From contig JBIOIY010000008.1 of assembly GCA_044450345.1 (NCBI GenBank), positions 8,736 through 72,735 on the forward strand: a stretch of 64,000 bases of DNA, written 5' to 3'. The notes under the pieces were generated by a model, which was not told the origin of the DNA, ran no database searches, and saw nothing but the letters and a program-made list of their open reading frames with translations. Shown in pieces: positions 27,432 to 37,111 of this stretch. The translations under genes were made by a program, and so were the position numbers. This stretch comes from Thermodesulfovibrionales bacterium. Lineage in GTDB: Bacteria > Nitrospirota > Thermodesulfovibrionia > Thermodesulfovibrionales > UBA6898. How positions within the stretch are numbered: the stretch's first letter is position 1; every line of letters begins with the position of its first letter.

Positions 27432-28403
27432 TCAGTTGGGCTTCTTAGTGCCGGTTATCAATACGGTCTCGTCAAGGACCTTTTCCTCGATGCCCCTGAA
27501 ACCGGCCTTTTTCATCCAGGAAGACATTTCATTCGGAGTATAGGTCCTTCCGTTCGGGGTGTTCACCAGCATATTGATCGCAAAGACAGCACCCTGCAGG
27601 GGGTTTGCCTTCGACTCGTCAAGATAAAATTCCTGGACAACCACCCGCCCCCCCTTGTTCAGCGAGGCTCGGCACTTCTTGAGCAGCGAAATGCACTCAT
27701 CAGCGGCATAGGCATGAAAGATCTGTGAAATAAAAATCATATCGTACCCGCTGCCAAGCTCATCTTTCATGAAATCGCCGGAAAGAAGTTTTATATTCCT
27801 TTCCTCTCCGGCTGCAGCGATCACCCTCTTTGAGATCCTGAGGGTATCGGGAAAATCGAGGAGCGTCACGTCCATCCCTTTCTTGGCAAAAGCGATTGAA
27901 TAGGTACCTGGTCCACCACCGAGGTCCAACACCTTTTTCATGCCCTTTACGTAGAGGTTCTTCAGAACTCCCCTTACTTTTTGCAGGGCAAGGTTGTGCA
28001 TACCGAGGATGAACGATTCGTGATCGTGGGATTTCTTATAAGGCCGTCCTGTTTTTACTACAATGTCCAGACCGGACCAGTTGTCCCAGAGGATAGTATT
28101 GTGCTTCAGGATATCTCCCTGGTAATCAGGCTTCCCCTTTACGAGATACCGCGACGCAACCGCCGCGTTCCTGTACTTCCCGTCTTTCTTTTCCAGTAGC
28201 CCTATGGAGACAAGGCTGTTGAGGAGGAGTCCGGTCGCCCTTCCGTCAGTCCCGATCCTCTTCGAAAGCGCTGCGGCAGTCTTGCCGCTTCCTTCGAGGT
28301 CGTCGAATATGCGGTAATTGTTCGCGGTGAGAATGATCCTCGAAGGCGCAAAGGCTGATATGCGTCTCAACCAGCCGAGGTCCTTCGGGGTTTTTGGGTT
28401 CAC
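27432..28403 (-). CDS. O-methyltransferase with dimerisation domain
   Basis: VLDLGGGPG, GDF, ISQIFH. Confidence 0.88.
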   Translation of the reverse strand: MNPKTPKDLGWLRRISAFAPSRIILTANNYRIFDDLEGSGKTAAALSKRIGTDGRATGLLLNSLVSIGLLEKKDGKYRNAAVASRYLVKGKPDYQGDILKHNTILWDNWSGLDIVVKTGRPYKKSHDHESFILGMHNLALQKVRGVLKNLYVKGMKKVLDLGGGPGTYSIAFAKKGMDVTLLDFPDTLRISKRVIAAAGEERNIKLLSGDFMKDELGSGYDMIFISQIFHAYAADECISLLKKCRASLNKGGRVVVQEFYLDESKANPLQGAVFAINMLVNTPNGRTYTPNEMSSWMKKAGFRGIEEKVLDETVLITGTKKPN

Positions 28404-29074
28404 GATATACGGTCCGTATAGACCTTGATCTTCAGCCCCCTCTTCATCCCTTCGATATAAGTCCTCACTGCCGCCGCTTTCGCATTCTCTATCGTCGCGT
28501 CCTGCAGCGCCTTCGTGCTCTGATCATCGGATGCCGAGATCTTCGCAAGTTCATCGGGAGAAGGGACAGACGCCGACAGTTCGACAAGCCGCCTCATTTT
28601 TGCCAGGGTCAATTCCTGCCTTTTAGCGGCCTCGTAGACCTCGGGAGTGAGCCTCATCAGTCTCAGCCTGTTTTGGTAGACCTCGCTGTCAAACGACCCG
28701 CTCTTCATGAACGCAGGCTCGTTCTTTATAGCCTCATTCAGCTCATCGTCCGTTACCGCAATGCCGTTTTCTTTGGCCGCGATAAGGAGTACCCTGTTAT
28801 CGACAAGCGAATACAGCACGCCTTCCTTAAGTTTGAGCTTCTTTTGCATCTCTTCGTCGAATTTTTCCTTGTACATGTCTCTGTAGAAATTGAACATCCT
28901 GTCATACGTCCGCCAGTATTCTTCGCCCGTTATCTTGTATTTCCCGACTTCCGCTACGATATTACTCCTATCCGACTTGTCCACCGTGCCCACTCCCCAG
29001 AAAACGAACGAAAGTATCACGATGAAAAAGAGCACATAAAAGTATTTTGCGTGATGACGCATCACCTTGAGCAT
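28400..29074 (-). CDS. SurA N-terminal domain protein (PpiD-like)
   Basis: MLKVMR...SFVFWGVG; GGAGG SD before ATG 29074. Confidence 0.85.
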   Translation of the reverse strand: MLKVMRHHAKYFYVLFFIVILSFVFWGVGTVDKSDRSNIVAEVGKYKITGEEYWRTYDRMFNFYRDMYKEKFDEEMQKKLKLKEGVLYSLVDNRVLLIAAKENGIAVTDDELNEAIKNEPAFMKSGSFDSEVYQNRLRLMRLTPEVYEAAKRQELTLAKMRRLVELSASVPSPDELAKISASDDQSTKALQDATIENAKAAAVRTYIEGMKRGLKIKVYTDRIS

Positions 29075-29078
29075 CTGA

Positions 29079-29486
29079 TCAATACCTCCCTGTAATGTAA
29101 TCTTCGAGAATCTGCCTGTGGTCGAAGGCCAGGTTATCAGGCAGGTCCAGTCCACTGAAAACGCCTATTGCTGCCGCATCGTCTCCGGCCGCATATTCTC
29201 CCTCGGCCTTGGCTAAAAAAACCGTTGATATGGTATGTTGTCTCGGGTCCCGGTGCGGGTCTGAATAGCTGTGAAACTGCCGGACCAGCCCCACGTCCAG
29301 CCCCGTCTCTTCCTTCGCCTCGCGGACCGCAGCGTCCTCAAGGGTCTCCCCGTAATCGACAAATCCGCCGGGAAGGGCCCAGCCCTCGGGAGGGTTCTTC
29401 CTCTTGATCAAAACAATACCGGCCGCGTATTTGATGATAATGTCTACTGTCGGGACCGGGTTCCTGTGCTCACTGCTCGTTTTCAA
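29079..29486 (-). CDS. NUDIX hydrolase
   Basis: [29 protein letters not shown]. Confidence 0.93.
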   Translation of the reverse strand: MKTSSEHRNPVPTVDIIIKYAAGIVLIKRKNPPEGWALPGGFVDYGETLEDAAVREAKEETGLDVGLVRQFHSYSDPHRDPRQHTISTVFLAKAEGEYAAGDDAAAIGVFSGLDLPDNLAFDHRQILEDYITGRY

Positions 29487-29706
29487 ACCTGGTGTCTATG
29501 TCCCTTTCAGGCACGATAGTGGAGACCGCATGCTTGTAAACGAGCTGCTGGGTCGCCTCCTTCAAAAGGATGACGAAATTATCGAATGCCTTTACCACTC
29601 CTTTCAGACGTACACCGTTCGTCAGATAGACCACAACCGGTATCTTGTCCTTCCGGAGTTGGTTCAGATAATTGTCCTGGAGACTCTGGCTCTTGCTGGT
29701 GGTCAT
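29470..29706 (-). CDS. hfq: RNA chaperone Hfq
   Basis: [30 protein letters not shown]. Confidence 0.97.
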   Translation of the reverse strand: MTTSKSQSLQDNYLNQLRKDKIPVVVYLTNGVRLKGVVKAFDNFVILLKEATQQLVYKHAVSTIVPERDIDTRFENEQ

Positions 29707-29775
29707 CCCCTATCCCCCTATCTTTGTAGGTTTTTTTCTTTCATAGTTTTATTTACCATAAATTATTTTTCTTAA

Positions 29776-30684
29776 TTATTCAAGCGCTTTCATTATTTCC
29801 CTGAAAATGTCCATACTTTTAAACATCCCGGTCACTTCTATCCACTTGATCCCTTCTTCTTTTTTAAACCACGCAAACTGCCTTTTGGCATATCTCCTCG
29901 TGTTCCTCTTGACGAGCCTGACCGCCTCATCCATCGAAATTTCGCCCCTCACGCAGGATATGATCTCCTTATATCCGATCGCCTGCAAAGGGGTCCTGTC
30001 CGGCGTCTTTGTGACGAGTCCCTTCACTTCTTCCAACAGCCCCTCTTCAAGCATGCGGTCGACCCGGTGATCTATCATCCTGTAGAGTTCCTCTCTTTTT
30101 CTCGTAAGACCGATCTTTATGAAGTCGTAGGGAAGGGGTCTTGTAAGCCTCTCCTGAAGAACGGACATCCTGTCTTTACCCTTAAGACAGACCTCTAACG
30201 CCCTCACGGTCCGCCTCGTGTCATTACGTTCGATTCTCATGGCAGCGTCCGGATCGACCTTCAGAAGATATTCGTAGAGGAAGCCCTGTTCAACACCCTC
30301 GGCCAAAAGAAGTTCCTCCCTCAGGTCCCAGTCCGCGGAAGGGCCGCTGAAGATGCCTCGCGTGACGGCCTTGATATAGAGCCCCGTTCCTCCGACGATA
30401 AGGGGCACCTTCCCCCTCGCACGGAGGTCCTCAATGATCGGGGCAATCTTCTTTATATACTCGCCCGCACTATACGGCCCGGTGGGATCGGCGATATCTA
30501 TCATATGGTGTGTAACTGCCGCCCTTTCCGCTTCCGAAGGCTTTGCGGTCCCGATGTCCATCCCCCTGTAAATCTGCATCGAGTCTGCGCTGATTATCTC
30601 GGTATCGAGGGCCTGGGCAAGCAATATCGAGGCGCCCGTTTTGCCGACCCCTGTCGGCCCGAGAAGGATGATGACCTTCTTCAT
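29776..30684 (-). CDS. miaA: tRNA dimethylallyltransferase
   Basis: GPTGVGKT, DSMQIYRGMDIGTAKP, YAKRQ. Confidence 0.97.
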   Translation of the reverse strand: MKKVIILLGPTGVGKTGASILLAQALDTEIISADSMQIYRGMDIGTAKPSEAERAAVTHHMIDIADPTGPYSAGEYIKKIAPIIEDLRARGKVPLIVGGTGLYIKAVTRGIFSGPSADWDLREELLLAEGVEQGFLYEYLLKVDPDAAMRIERNDTRRTVRALEVCLKGKDRMSVLQERLTRPLPYDFIKIGLTRKREELYRMIDHRVDRMLEEGLLEEVKGLVTKTPDRTPLQAIGYKEIISCVRGEISMDEAVRLVKRNTRRYAKRQFAWFKKEEGIKWIEVTGMFKSMDIFREIMKALE

Positions 30685-32357
30685 TTCCTCTTGAACATCT
30701 TCTTCAAGTCGTCAAGGGAATAAAAGATCCTTGTGGGTCTTCCATGCGGGCACTGGTCGGGATGCTCTGTCTGTTCAAGGTCCGCAAGGAGACCCGAAAC
30801 CTCTTCACGGTTTAATATCTCCCGGCCGCGGACAGAACTGTGACAGGCGATCCTTGCGGCAAGCGACTCCTTAAGAGACATTCCTCCGCGGGGTTCCCCG
30901 ATAAAGACTGAAGCTGCATCTGAAAGCACCCCTCTTAAATCAGCTTCGCCCAGATCGTGGGGGACAGAACGGACGACGATCGTATCGTGCCCGAAATCAT
31001 CCAGCTCGATGCCCATTTCCTGTAAGAGACTTTTATTTTCGAGCAATATCCTGTACTCCCCTTGAGAAAGCTTCACCTGTTGAGGAAACAAAAGATGACG
31101 GGATTGCAGCCCTACGCTCCTCAGAAGCCGCTCGTAAAGCACCCTTTCGTGTGCAGCGTGGTGGTCTATAAGGGTCAGCCCGCCCTTGCCGGAAAGCGCT
31201 ATAAACGTGTCGCCGAGATAGATGAACGGCAGCTCCGGTCTGTACGCGAGTTCTGTATTTTCGGATACCATGGTCCCCTGCAAAAGAGGAGATGAGGATA
31301 AGGGATACACCGACTGAAATCTTTCTTCTTTGCCGCCGGGAGGTTCAAGAAAAGGCCCTGTAAAATCCTTCCTCCCGCTTTTCACGGTCTCCCTCACATG
31401 GGCATTTACGAACCGGTAGATCATCTCTTTTTCCTCAAACCTCACCTCCCGCTTCGCAGGGTGCACATTAAAATCGACCCTTCGAGGGTCCAGTTCCAGG
31501 AATAGAAAGAATATCGGATGTTTATCATTCGGGAGTATGCCCTCATACCCGCCGTACACCGCATGGGAAAGGGACTGGTCTTTTATGGGACGGTCGTTGA
31601 TGAATATGAATTGATGGGACCTGCTGTTTCTGAAGCTGCCGGACTTCGAAATAAAGGCGTGCAGTCCCATTCCGTTCTGCACCGCAGAGACCTCGGCAAG
31701 TCCTCCGGCAAACTCTTCCCCGTATATCTGCATTATCCGCTCCCTGATGCCTGACGCCTTAGGCAGGAGCATCGTCTCGCGGCCTTCGGTGAGCAGCATG
31801 AAATGTATGCCGCAATGAGAGAGCGCCTCTTTTGTGACGATATCAATAATATGAAGGACCTCAGTGGTGGTCGACTTGAGGAATTTTTTTCGTGCGGGTG
31901 TATTAAAAAAGAGTTCCCTTATCTCCATGGATGTACCGGAGAAAGAAGACTCTCTGTCCTCCTTTATCTCACCGCCGTGAAGTTCCACGGTGATACCGGC
32001 ACGGGCGCCCTTCAGCCCCGTTACAAGCTTTACCTTTGAGACCGATGCGATCGAGGGGAGCGCCTCTCCCCTGAAGCCGAGTGTCCTTATATTAAAGAGG
32101 TCGTCTTCTCCCGAAAGTTTGCTGGTCGCATGACGTTCAAAACAGAGGATGGCGTCCTCCCTTTCCATCCCCGGGCCGTTATCAGAGACCTTTATCAGCC
32201 TCTTCCCGCCGGCAAGCACTTCGATCCTGATCTCAGTGCTTCCGGCGTCGATAGAGTTTTCGATAAGCTCCTTTACCACAGAGGCCGGCCGCTCTATCAC
32301 CTCTCCGGCGGCTATCTTGTTTCTTACGTCGACAGGAAGGACCTTAATTTTTGCCAT
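30681..32357 (-). CDS. mutL: DNA mismatch repair protein MutL
   Basis: IAAGEVIERPASVVKELIEN, GFRGEAL, DHHAAHERVLYE, CPHGRP; start MAKIKVL. Confidence 0.97.
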   Translation of the reverse strand: MAKIKVLPVDVRNKIAAGEVIERPASVVKELIENSIDAGSTEIRIEVLAGGKRLIKVSDNGPGMEREDAILCFERHATSKLSGEDDLFNIRTLGFRGEALPSIASVSKVKLVTGLKGARAGITVELHGGEIKEDRESSFSGTSMEIRELFFNTPARKKFLKSTTTEVLHIIDIVTKEALSHCGIHFMLLTEGRETMLLPKASGIRERIMQIYGEEFAGGLAEVSAVQNGMGLHAFISKSGSFRNSRSHQFIFINDRPIKDQSLSHAVYGGYEGILPNDKHPIFFLFLELDPRRVDFNVHPAKREVRFEEKEMIYRFVNAHVRETVKSGRKDFTGPFLEPPGGKEERFQSVYPLSSSPLLQGTMVSENTELAYRPELPFIYLGDTFIALSGKGGLTLIDHHAAHERVLYERLLRSVGLQSRHLLFPQQVKLSQGEYRILLENKSLLQEMGIELDDFGHDTIVVRSVPHDLGEADLRGVLSDAASVFIGEPRGGMSLKESLAARIACHSSVRGREILNREEVSGLLADLEQTEHPDQCPHGRPTRIFYSLDDLKKMFKRK

Positions 32358-32392
32358 AGACCATTTTAAAGACTGGACAGAGTCTTTCGCAA

Positions 32393-32474
32393 GGGGACCC
32401 GCACCCATGGGGAGCAGATTTGAGAGCGGCAATGCCGAGATGGCACTTTTGCCTTAACATGGTGTTGGTGTCTC
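32393..32474 (+). other. Candidate structured RNA/hairpin element, unassigned
   Basis: GGGAC-CC-GCACC-CATG pairs with CATGGTGTTGGTGTCTC; inner GGCAA/TTGCC encloses TGCC-GAGAT-GGCA. Confidence 0.35.
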
Positions 32475-32614
32475 ATAGTCATTGACATAGTCCGTGTATC
32501 GCGGTAAGCTTTGAAAAAAGCAGAATATGTTGAAAAGAGAATGTTTTTCTCATTTGTCGCAATCGGGACCTCAATCCCATATCGATATGCTAAATATGCG
32601 TAATGGAGGTTTCT

Positions 32615-33061
32615 ATGAATAGAATTCTGTCCCTGCTACTTTTTTTTGTTGTTCTCCTTGCGACTGTTGTCAACGCATCAGATGAATCTGCCGGAAGCCT
32701 GAGAAAGAAGAAAGGAGACGTTCTCATTGAGCGGAACGGAAACATCGTTAAAGCAGAAGATGGCACTTCCGTATACCCAAATGATACCGTTAGGACAGGT
32801 GCGGACGGCTCTGTGGGAATTATTTTCAAGGATAACTCAAGAATAGGCCTTGGACCGAACTCTCGCTTGGATTTAAAGAAGTTTGTCTTTAAGCCGGCCC
32901 AGGGGCAATTCTCTATGGTTAACAAGCTGACAAAAGGAACTGCCTCATTCGTTTCAGGAAAGATGACAAAGCTATCGCCGGAGTCTGTCATCCTTGAGAC
33001 CCCGACAGCTACAATTGGTGTCCGTGGCACTACATACAATATTAAGATTAATGAAGACTAA
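32615..33061 (+). CDS. Secreted FecR-domain protein
   Basis: Signal peptide; DTVRTGADGSVGIIFKDNS, TPTATIGVRGT; GGAGG SD. Confidence 0.85.
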   Translation: MNRILSLLLFFVVLLATVVNASDESAGSLRKKKGDVLIERNGNIVKAEDGTSVYPNDTVRTGADGSVGIIFKDNSRIGLGPNSRLDLKKFVFKPAQGQFSMVNKLTKGTASFVSGKMTKLSPESVILETPTATIGVRGTTYNIKINED

Positions 33062-33108
33062 ATGCCCCCAATTCTTCATGCGTGCCAGTAAAAGGAGCAT
33101 GCGATGCG

Positions 33109-33738
33109 ATGTGGAGTAATCTTCTTGTCCTCTTGGTCTTATTTATTATATCAAGCTGTGCAACCGTAAAAGACACGGTTATTCCTGTTCAGGATACCGT
33201 AAAGGACATGGTTGTTCTTGTTCAGGATGCCGATGGTACGGTCGGGCAACTAACAGTTACTACCAAGGGTGGGACTAAGACGCTTACCGTCCCAAATACA
33301 ATGGTAGAGGTCACCGGAGTTGGGAAGAGCCCGTCTGATCCCAAGAATATAGACCAAGGCCGAATTGATTCATTCTTCACTGATTCCATCAAAGCCCTTC
33401 CCCCTGAGTCGGTCAGTTTTCTTTTATATTTTTTGCACAACTCAACGGAACTGACTGCCGAGTCAAAGTCTTATATTCCTGAAGTCCTGTCTTTGGTCGG
33501 TAAAAGAGAATTCTATGAAATAAGCATTATTGGCCATACAGATACAACCGGGACCGATGAGTACAATATGAGATTGTCATCCACCCGCGCCGAGGCTGTC
33601 CGGGACATACTTCTCTCTAACGGCATTCGTTCTGGTCAGATGGAGCTCAGATATCACGGGAAGCGGGATCCAATTGTTCCAACGGGGGACAATGTGAGAG
33701 AACCACGTAATCGCAGAGTTGAAGTCATTGTAAAATAG
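33109..33738 (+). CDS. OmpA-family lipoprotein
   Basis: IISSC lipobox; IGHTD, NMRLSSTRA, NRRVEV. Confidence 0.9.
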   Translation: MWSNLLVLLVLFIISSCATVKDTVIPVQDTVKDMVVLVQDADGTVGQLTVTTKGGTKTLTVPNTMVEVTGVGKSPSDPKNIDQGRIDSFFTDSIKALPPESVSFLLYFLHNSTELTAESKSYIPEVLSLVGKREFYEISIIGHTDTTGTDEYNMRLSSTRAEAVRDILLSNGIRSGQMELRYHGKRDPIVPTGDNVREPRNRRVEVIVK

Positions 33739-33747
33739 CCAGCCATA

Positions 33748-35784
33748 ATGTACGCTTTACGCCGAGTATCTTCCTATGTCCAGTGGATCCAAAAGAGCAA
33801 GGAACATGTTCTCATTATTCTCTGCGGAATCGCGTTGACCTGTGTTGTTGCCTTCTTATATTTATTCCAGCCTCTTCTGCTTTCGACACTCGATCTTAAA
33901 ATATACGACACCCTGCTCAAATCGCGTTCCGGACGCGCTGCATCCGGCAGTATCGTTATTGTTGACGTAGATTCAAAAAGCCTTGCACAGTATGGACAAT
34001 GGCCGTGGCCGCGATACCGGATAGCACAGTTGATAGACAACTTGCGCGAAATGGGAGCCCTAAGTGTCGGTGTTGATGTCCTGTTTGCCGAGCCCGACAG
34101 AAGTTCGCTGCGCAATATACAAAAGAATATTTCGGCAGACTTCAACTACACTGTTAACCTCTCAGGGGTTCCCCGGCAATATATCGACAATGACGCGCTG
34201 CTGGCGGAGGCGCTCAGAAAAGGTTCTTTTGTACTTGGGTACCAGTTTTTATTTGGGGAGCATATAGAAAAAAGGTGCACACTTCATCCAGTCAATTTAT
34301 TGCTCAGGAAGGAACACGAGGTGCCGGATTCTGTGAACGGCCTTTTCAAACCGTCTTCTGTCGATTGCCTATATCAGCCGCTCGCTGAGGCAACTCCAGC
34401 TTCAGGTTTTTTCAATATAAAACCCGATCACGACGGAATTATTCGCAGAGTCCCCCTCATAATGGAATACGATGGTCGATTCTATGCCCACCTCTCATTA
34501 GCCGTGCTTCTTTCAGCAGTCAAGCCGGAACACATGGTATTAACTGTTGGCCAAGCAGGAACAGAAAGTCTCTCTATTGACAGCGTTGAGATCCCGCTTG
34601 AACACAAAGGATCCTTCTTGATTCCATTTCACGGTCCACACGGAACATATCGCCACATCTCGGCTTCCGATATTCTGAACGGCACAACCGAAGCTCGGGA
34701 GATTGAAGCACACATCGTGATCATCGGAGTGGCAGCGCCCGGCTTGTCGGATATCAGCGCTACGCCAACCGACCCGACAATGGCTGGGGTAGAGGTGCAC
34801 GCGAACATCATCGACGCCATTTTGCAAGGTGATTTTCTTGTGCGGCCGAAGGCTGCTGTTGTGTATGAATTTAGTGCCGTTGTTTTTTTCGGGTTGCTTT
34901 CAACAATTCTTTTTGCTCGCCGCAAGGCAGTTGCAAATCTGACTTGTTTGATTCTCTTTGCGTTGGTCGCGGTAATCCTGACTGTTTTCCTCTTCCGACA
35001 CGGACTTTATCTTTCTCCACTCTACCCTATACTGGCCTACACTTCAAACTTTTCCTTATTATCGTTTCTCGATTTCTGGCGCGAAGAGCGCTTGCTAAAG
35101 GAAAAGACCAGGCTACAATTAACAACGCAGGAAGCAATGCTTGAAACTATTGCCGATATCACCGAAACGCGAGATCCAGAGACAGGCTACCACATTAGAC
35201 GAACCCGCAGCTATGTGAAGGCTCTCGCCGAGCATATCAGAAACAAACCGGCATATATAGACACAGTGAATGATGCCTATATTGAACATCTTTTTCGCTC
35301 TGCACCACTCCATGACTTAGGCAAAGTAGGCGTACCAGATCACATTCTGCTTAAGACTGGGCGACTGACCGCCGAAGAGCTCGAAGAGATAAAGAAGCAC
35401 ACGCGGTATGGAAAAAAAATCATCGACTCCGCACAGGCTAAACTTGGGGCTACTTCCTTTTTAAGGCTCGCAGGAGAAATGGCTTTCTCTCATCATGAAC
35501 ACTGGGATGGAAAAGGATACCCGAACGGACTCAAAGGTGAGGAGATTCCATTGTCCGGGAGAATCATGGCGATAGCAGACGTGTATGATGCTCTCATATC
35601 GGGCCGTTCATACAAAGGAGGCATTTCCCACGAAAAAGCAGTAGAAATCATTTTGGCCGGACGTGGTTCGCAATTCGATCCACAACTCACCGACGCTTTT
35701 GGGGAGATGCACGCTACATTCCACGCAATTGCTGAGCAATTTGCTGATGCTAGTGTTAATGAATCGCTTCATTCGACAACTTAG
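33748..35784 (+). CDS. CHASE2 + HD-GYP cyclic dinucleotide phosphodiesterase
   Basis: GQWPWPR, DGIIRRVPL, GVEVHA; 3 TM; HDLGK, HHEHWDGKGYP. Confidence 0.92.
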   Translation: MYALRRVSSYVQWIQKSKEHVLIILCGIALTCVVAFLYLFQPLLLSTLDLKIYDTLLKSRSGRAASGSIVIVDVDSKSLAQYGQWPWPRYRIAQLIDNLREMGALSVGVDVLFAEPDRSSLRNIQKNISADFNYTVNLSGVPRQYIDNDALLAEALRKGSFVLGYQFLFGEHIEKRCTLHPVNLLLRKEHEVPDSVNGLFKPSSVDCLYQPLAEATPASGFFNIKPDHDGIIRRVPLIMEYDGRFYAHLSLAVLLSAVKPEHMVLTVGQAGTESLSIDSVEIPLEHKGSFLIPFHGPHGTYRHISASDILNGTTEAREIEAHIVIIGVAAPGLSDISATPTDPTMAGVEVHANIIDAILQGDFLVRPKAAVVYEFSAVVFFGLLSTILFARRKAVANLTCLILFALVAVILTVFLFRHGLYLSPLYPILAYTSNFSLLSFLDFWREERLLKEKTRLQLTTQEAMLETIADITETRDPETGYHIRRTRSYVKALAEHIRNKPAYIDTVNDAYIEHLFRSAPLHDLGKVGVPDHILLKTGRLTAEELEEIKKHTRYGKKIIDSAQAKLGATSFLRLAGEMAFSHHEHWDGKGYPNGLKGEEIPLSGRIMAIADVYDALISGRSYKGGISHEKAVEIILAGRGSQFDPQLTDAFGEMHATFHAIAEQFADASVNESLHSTT

Positions 35785-35832
35785 AAAACGGTTCATCTAT
35801 CATACGTAATTAAGAATCTCTTTTTAATCAAG

Positions 35833-35914
35833 GAATTCCTCGATGCTCTGCATCGGGGTCAGAAGTTCCTTGCCGTTTCTCGATACCCCGCAGCTCTTCT
35901 GCGGGGTAGTCCAT
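35833..35914 (+). mobile_element. Non-autonomous IS200/IS605-type two-hairpin element
   Basis: GAATTCCTCGATGCTCTGCATCGGGGTCAG...GATACCCCGCAGCTCTTCTGCGGGGTAGTCCAT; right part matches the IS end at 63862-63893. Confidence 0.7.
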
Positions 35915-36098
35915 TTAGGGACATAGAGGAACAAAAAAGAGGGGAGGGCTACTTATTTTGGGAATGGTTAAGGTAGACAACTAGGGACAAATAGGATCAG
36001 CGTTATCTTCAGTTACGACCGGAAATCTGCTGTGTTAAGATAAGCCTGTGCGGACGCGGGAATGACGCATAGAAGCAAACAGTAGACAGACACTAAGC

Positions 36099-36137
36099 AA
36101 AAACGGCCGGCTCACTTTAACCGCGAGCCGGCCGTTG
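36099..36137 (-). terminator. Intrinsic terminator of adk
   Basis: AACGGCCGGCTC...GAGCCGGCCGTT stem followed by T-run on the minus strand. Confidence 0.7.
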
Positions 36138-36156
36138 TATCGTTGAAGCTAAGATA

Positions 36157-36834
36157 CTAAGACAACTGGGCCATCAACTTTTCTGAAACCGCGTTGATCG
36201 GAGGTGCGCCGTCTACTGTTATCACCTTAGGCCCGGTGATCTTCTTGAAGTAATTGACCGCTGCCATCGTGCCTGTTTTCGTGTCGTAGTAGATGTCGTG
36301 TCTCTTGTTGATGGCTCCTGCATCCTGGTCATCCGCCCTCGTCTTCAGTTCCCCTCCGCATACGCGGCAGACGAGCTTCCCGTCTTTTTCCACAGGTTTG
36401 ATCGCATCGATATGGATATGGTTCGGATGGTTGTTGTCGTTGACGCAGAGCCTCCTTCCCATGATCCTGTCTGCTGCGGTCTTACGGTCAAGCGATATTT
36501 CGATGACATAGCCGAGGTTGATATTGGCATCCTTGAGCGCCTTATGCAGCGTCTCGGCCTGCACCAGGTTCCTCGGGAACCCGTCCAAAAGCCAGCCCTT
36601 CTTGCAGTCATCTTCTTTCAATCTGTCGAGGATCATCGGGATGGTGATGTCGTCCGGCACGAGGTCCCCCCTGTCGATATACACCTTCGCCTTTTTGCCG
36701 AGTTCCGTCCCTCCGCCTATATTCTTTCTGAATATGGCGCCTGACTCCACGTGAGTTACCCCGTACTTCTTCTGGATAATCGCACCTTGTGTCCCCTTGC
36801 CGCTTCCATTAGGACCAAAAATCAAGATATTCAT
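36157..36834 (-). CDS. adk: Adenylate kinase, Desulfovibrio-type metal-binding LID
   Basis: GPNGSGKGTQ, LDGFPR; C-x5-H-x19-C-x2-C. Confidence 0.97.
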   Translation of the reverse strand: MNILIFGPNGSGKGTQGAIIQKKYGVTHVESGAIFRKNIGGGTELGKKAKVYIDRGDLVPDDITIPMILDRLKEDDCKKGWLLDGFPRNLVQAETLHKALKDANINLGYVIEISLDRKTAADRIMGRRLCVNDNNHPNHIHIDAIKPVEKDGKLVCRVCGGELKTRADDQDAGAINKRHDIYYDTKTGTMAAVNYFKKITGPKVITVDGAPPINAVSEKLMAQLS

Positions 36835-36961
36835 GTTGCTCTCCTTTCGAAAAAAATATTTCTCACCTCTCAAATTTACCGCAGAAAAAATGCCCGATAG
36901 AAACTATAACAGAAATCGGCGAATTATTTCGAGTAGGGAAGCAACTAAATACATTAATGCC

Positions 36962-37021
36962 GTCATTCCCGCTTGTCGGGAATCTTTCTCCAAAGAAGGA
37001 TGCCGGACAAGCCGGCATGAC
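36962..37021. repeat. GTCATTCC-type double-hairpin repeat
   Basis: GTCATTCCCGCTTGTCGGGAATC...GATGCCGGACAAGCCGGCATGAC; sibling at 47028-47121. Confidence 0.8.
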
Positions 37022-37111
37022 AAATCGAGAAGCGCTTCGCTCTTTCATCTTCTTAATGCCGAAGTATTAATTGCGATTTACACGCCTCCACTCATGCGGG
37101 TATAATCACCC

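Noticed and set aside
32393..32474. tRNA, 6S RNA, ZTP or c-di-GMP riboswitch
   Set aside because: No cloverleaf or TTCGA loop, too short for 6S, and the diagnostic riboswitch motifs are missing.
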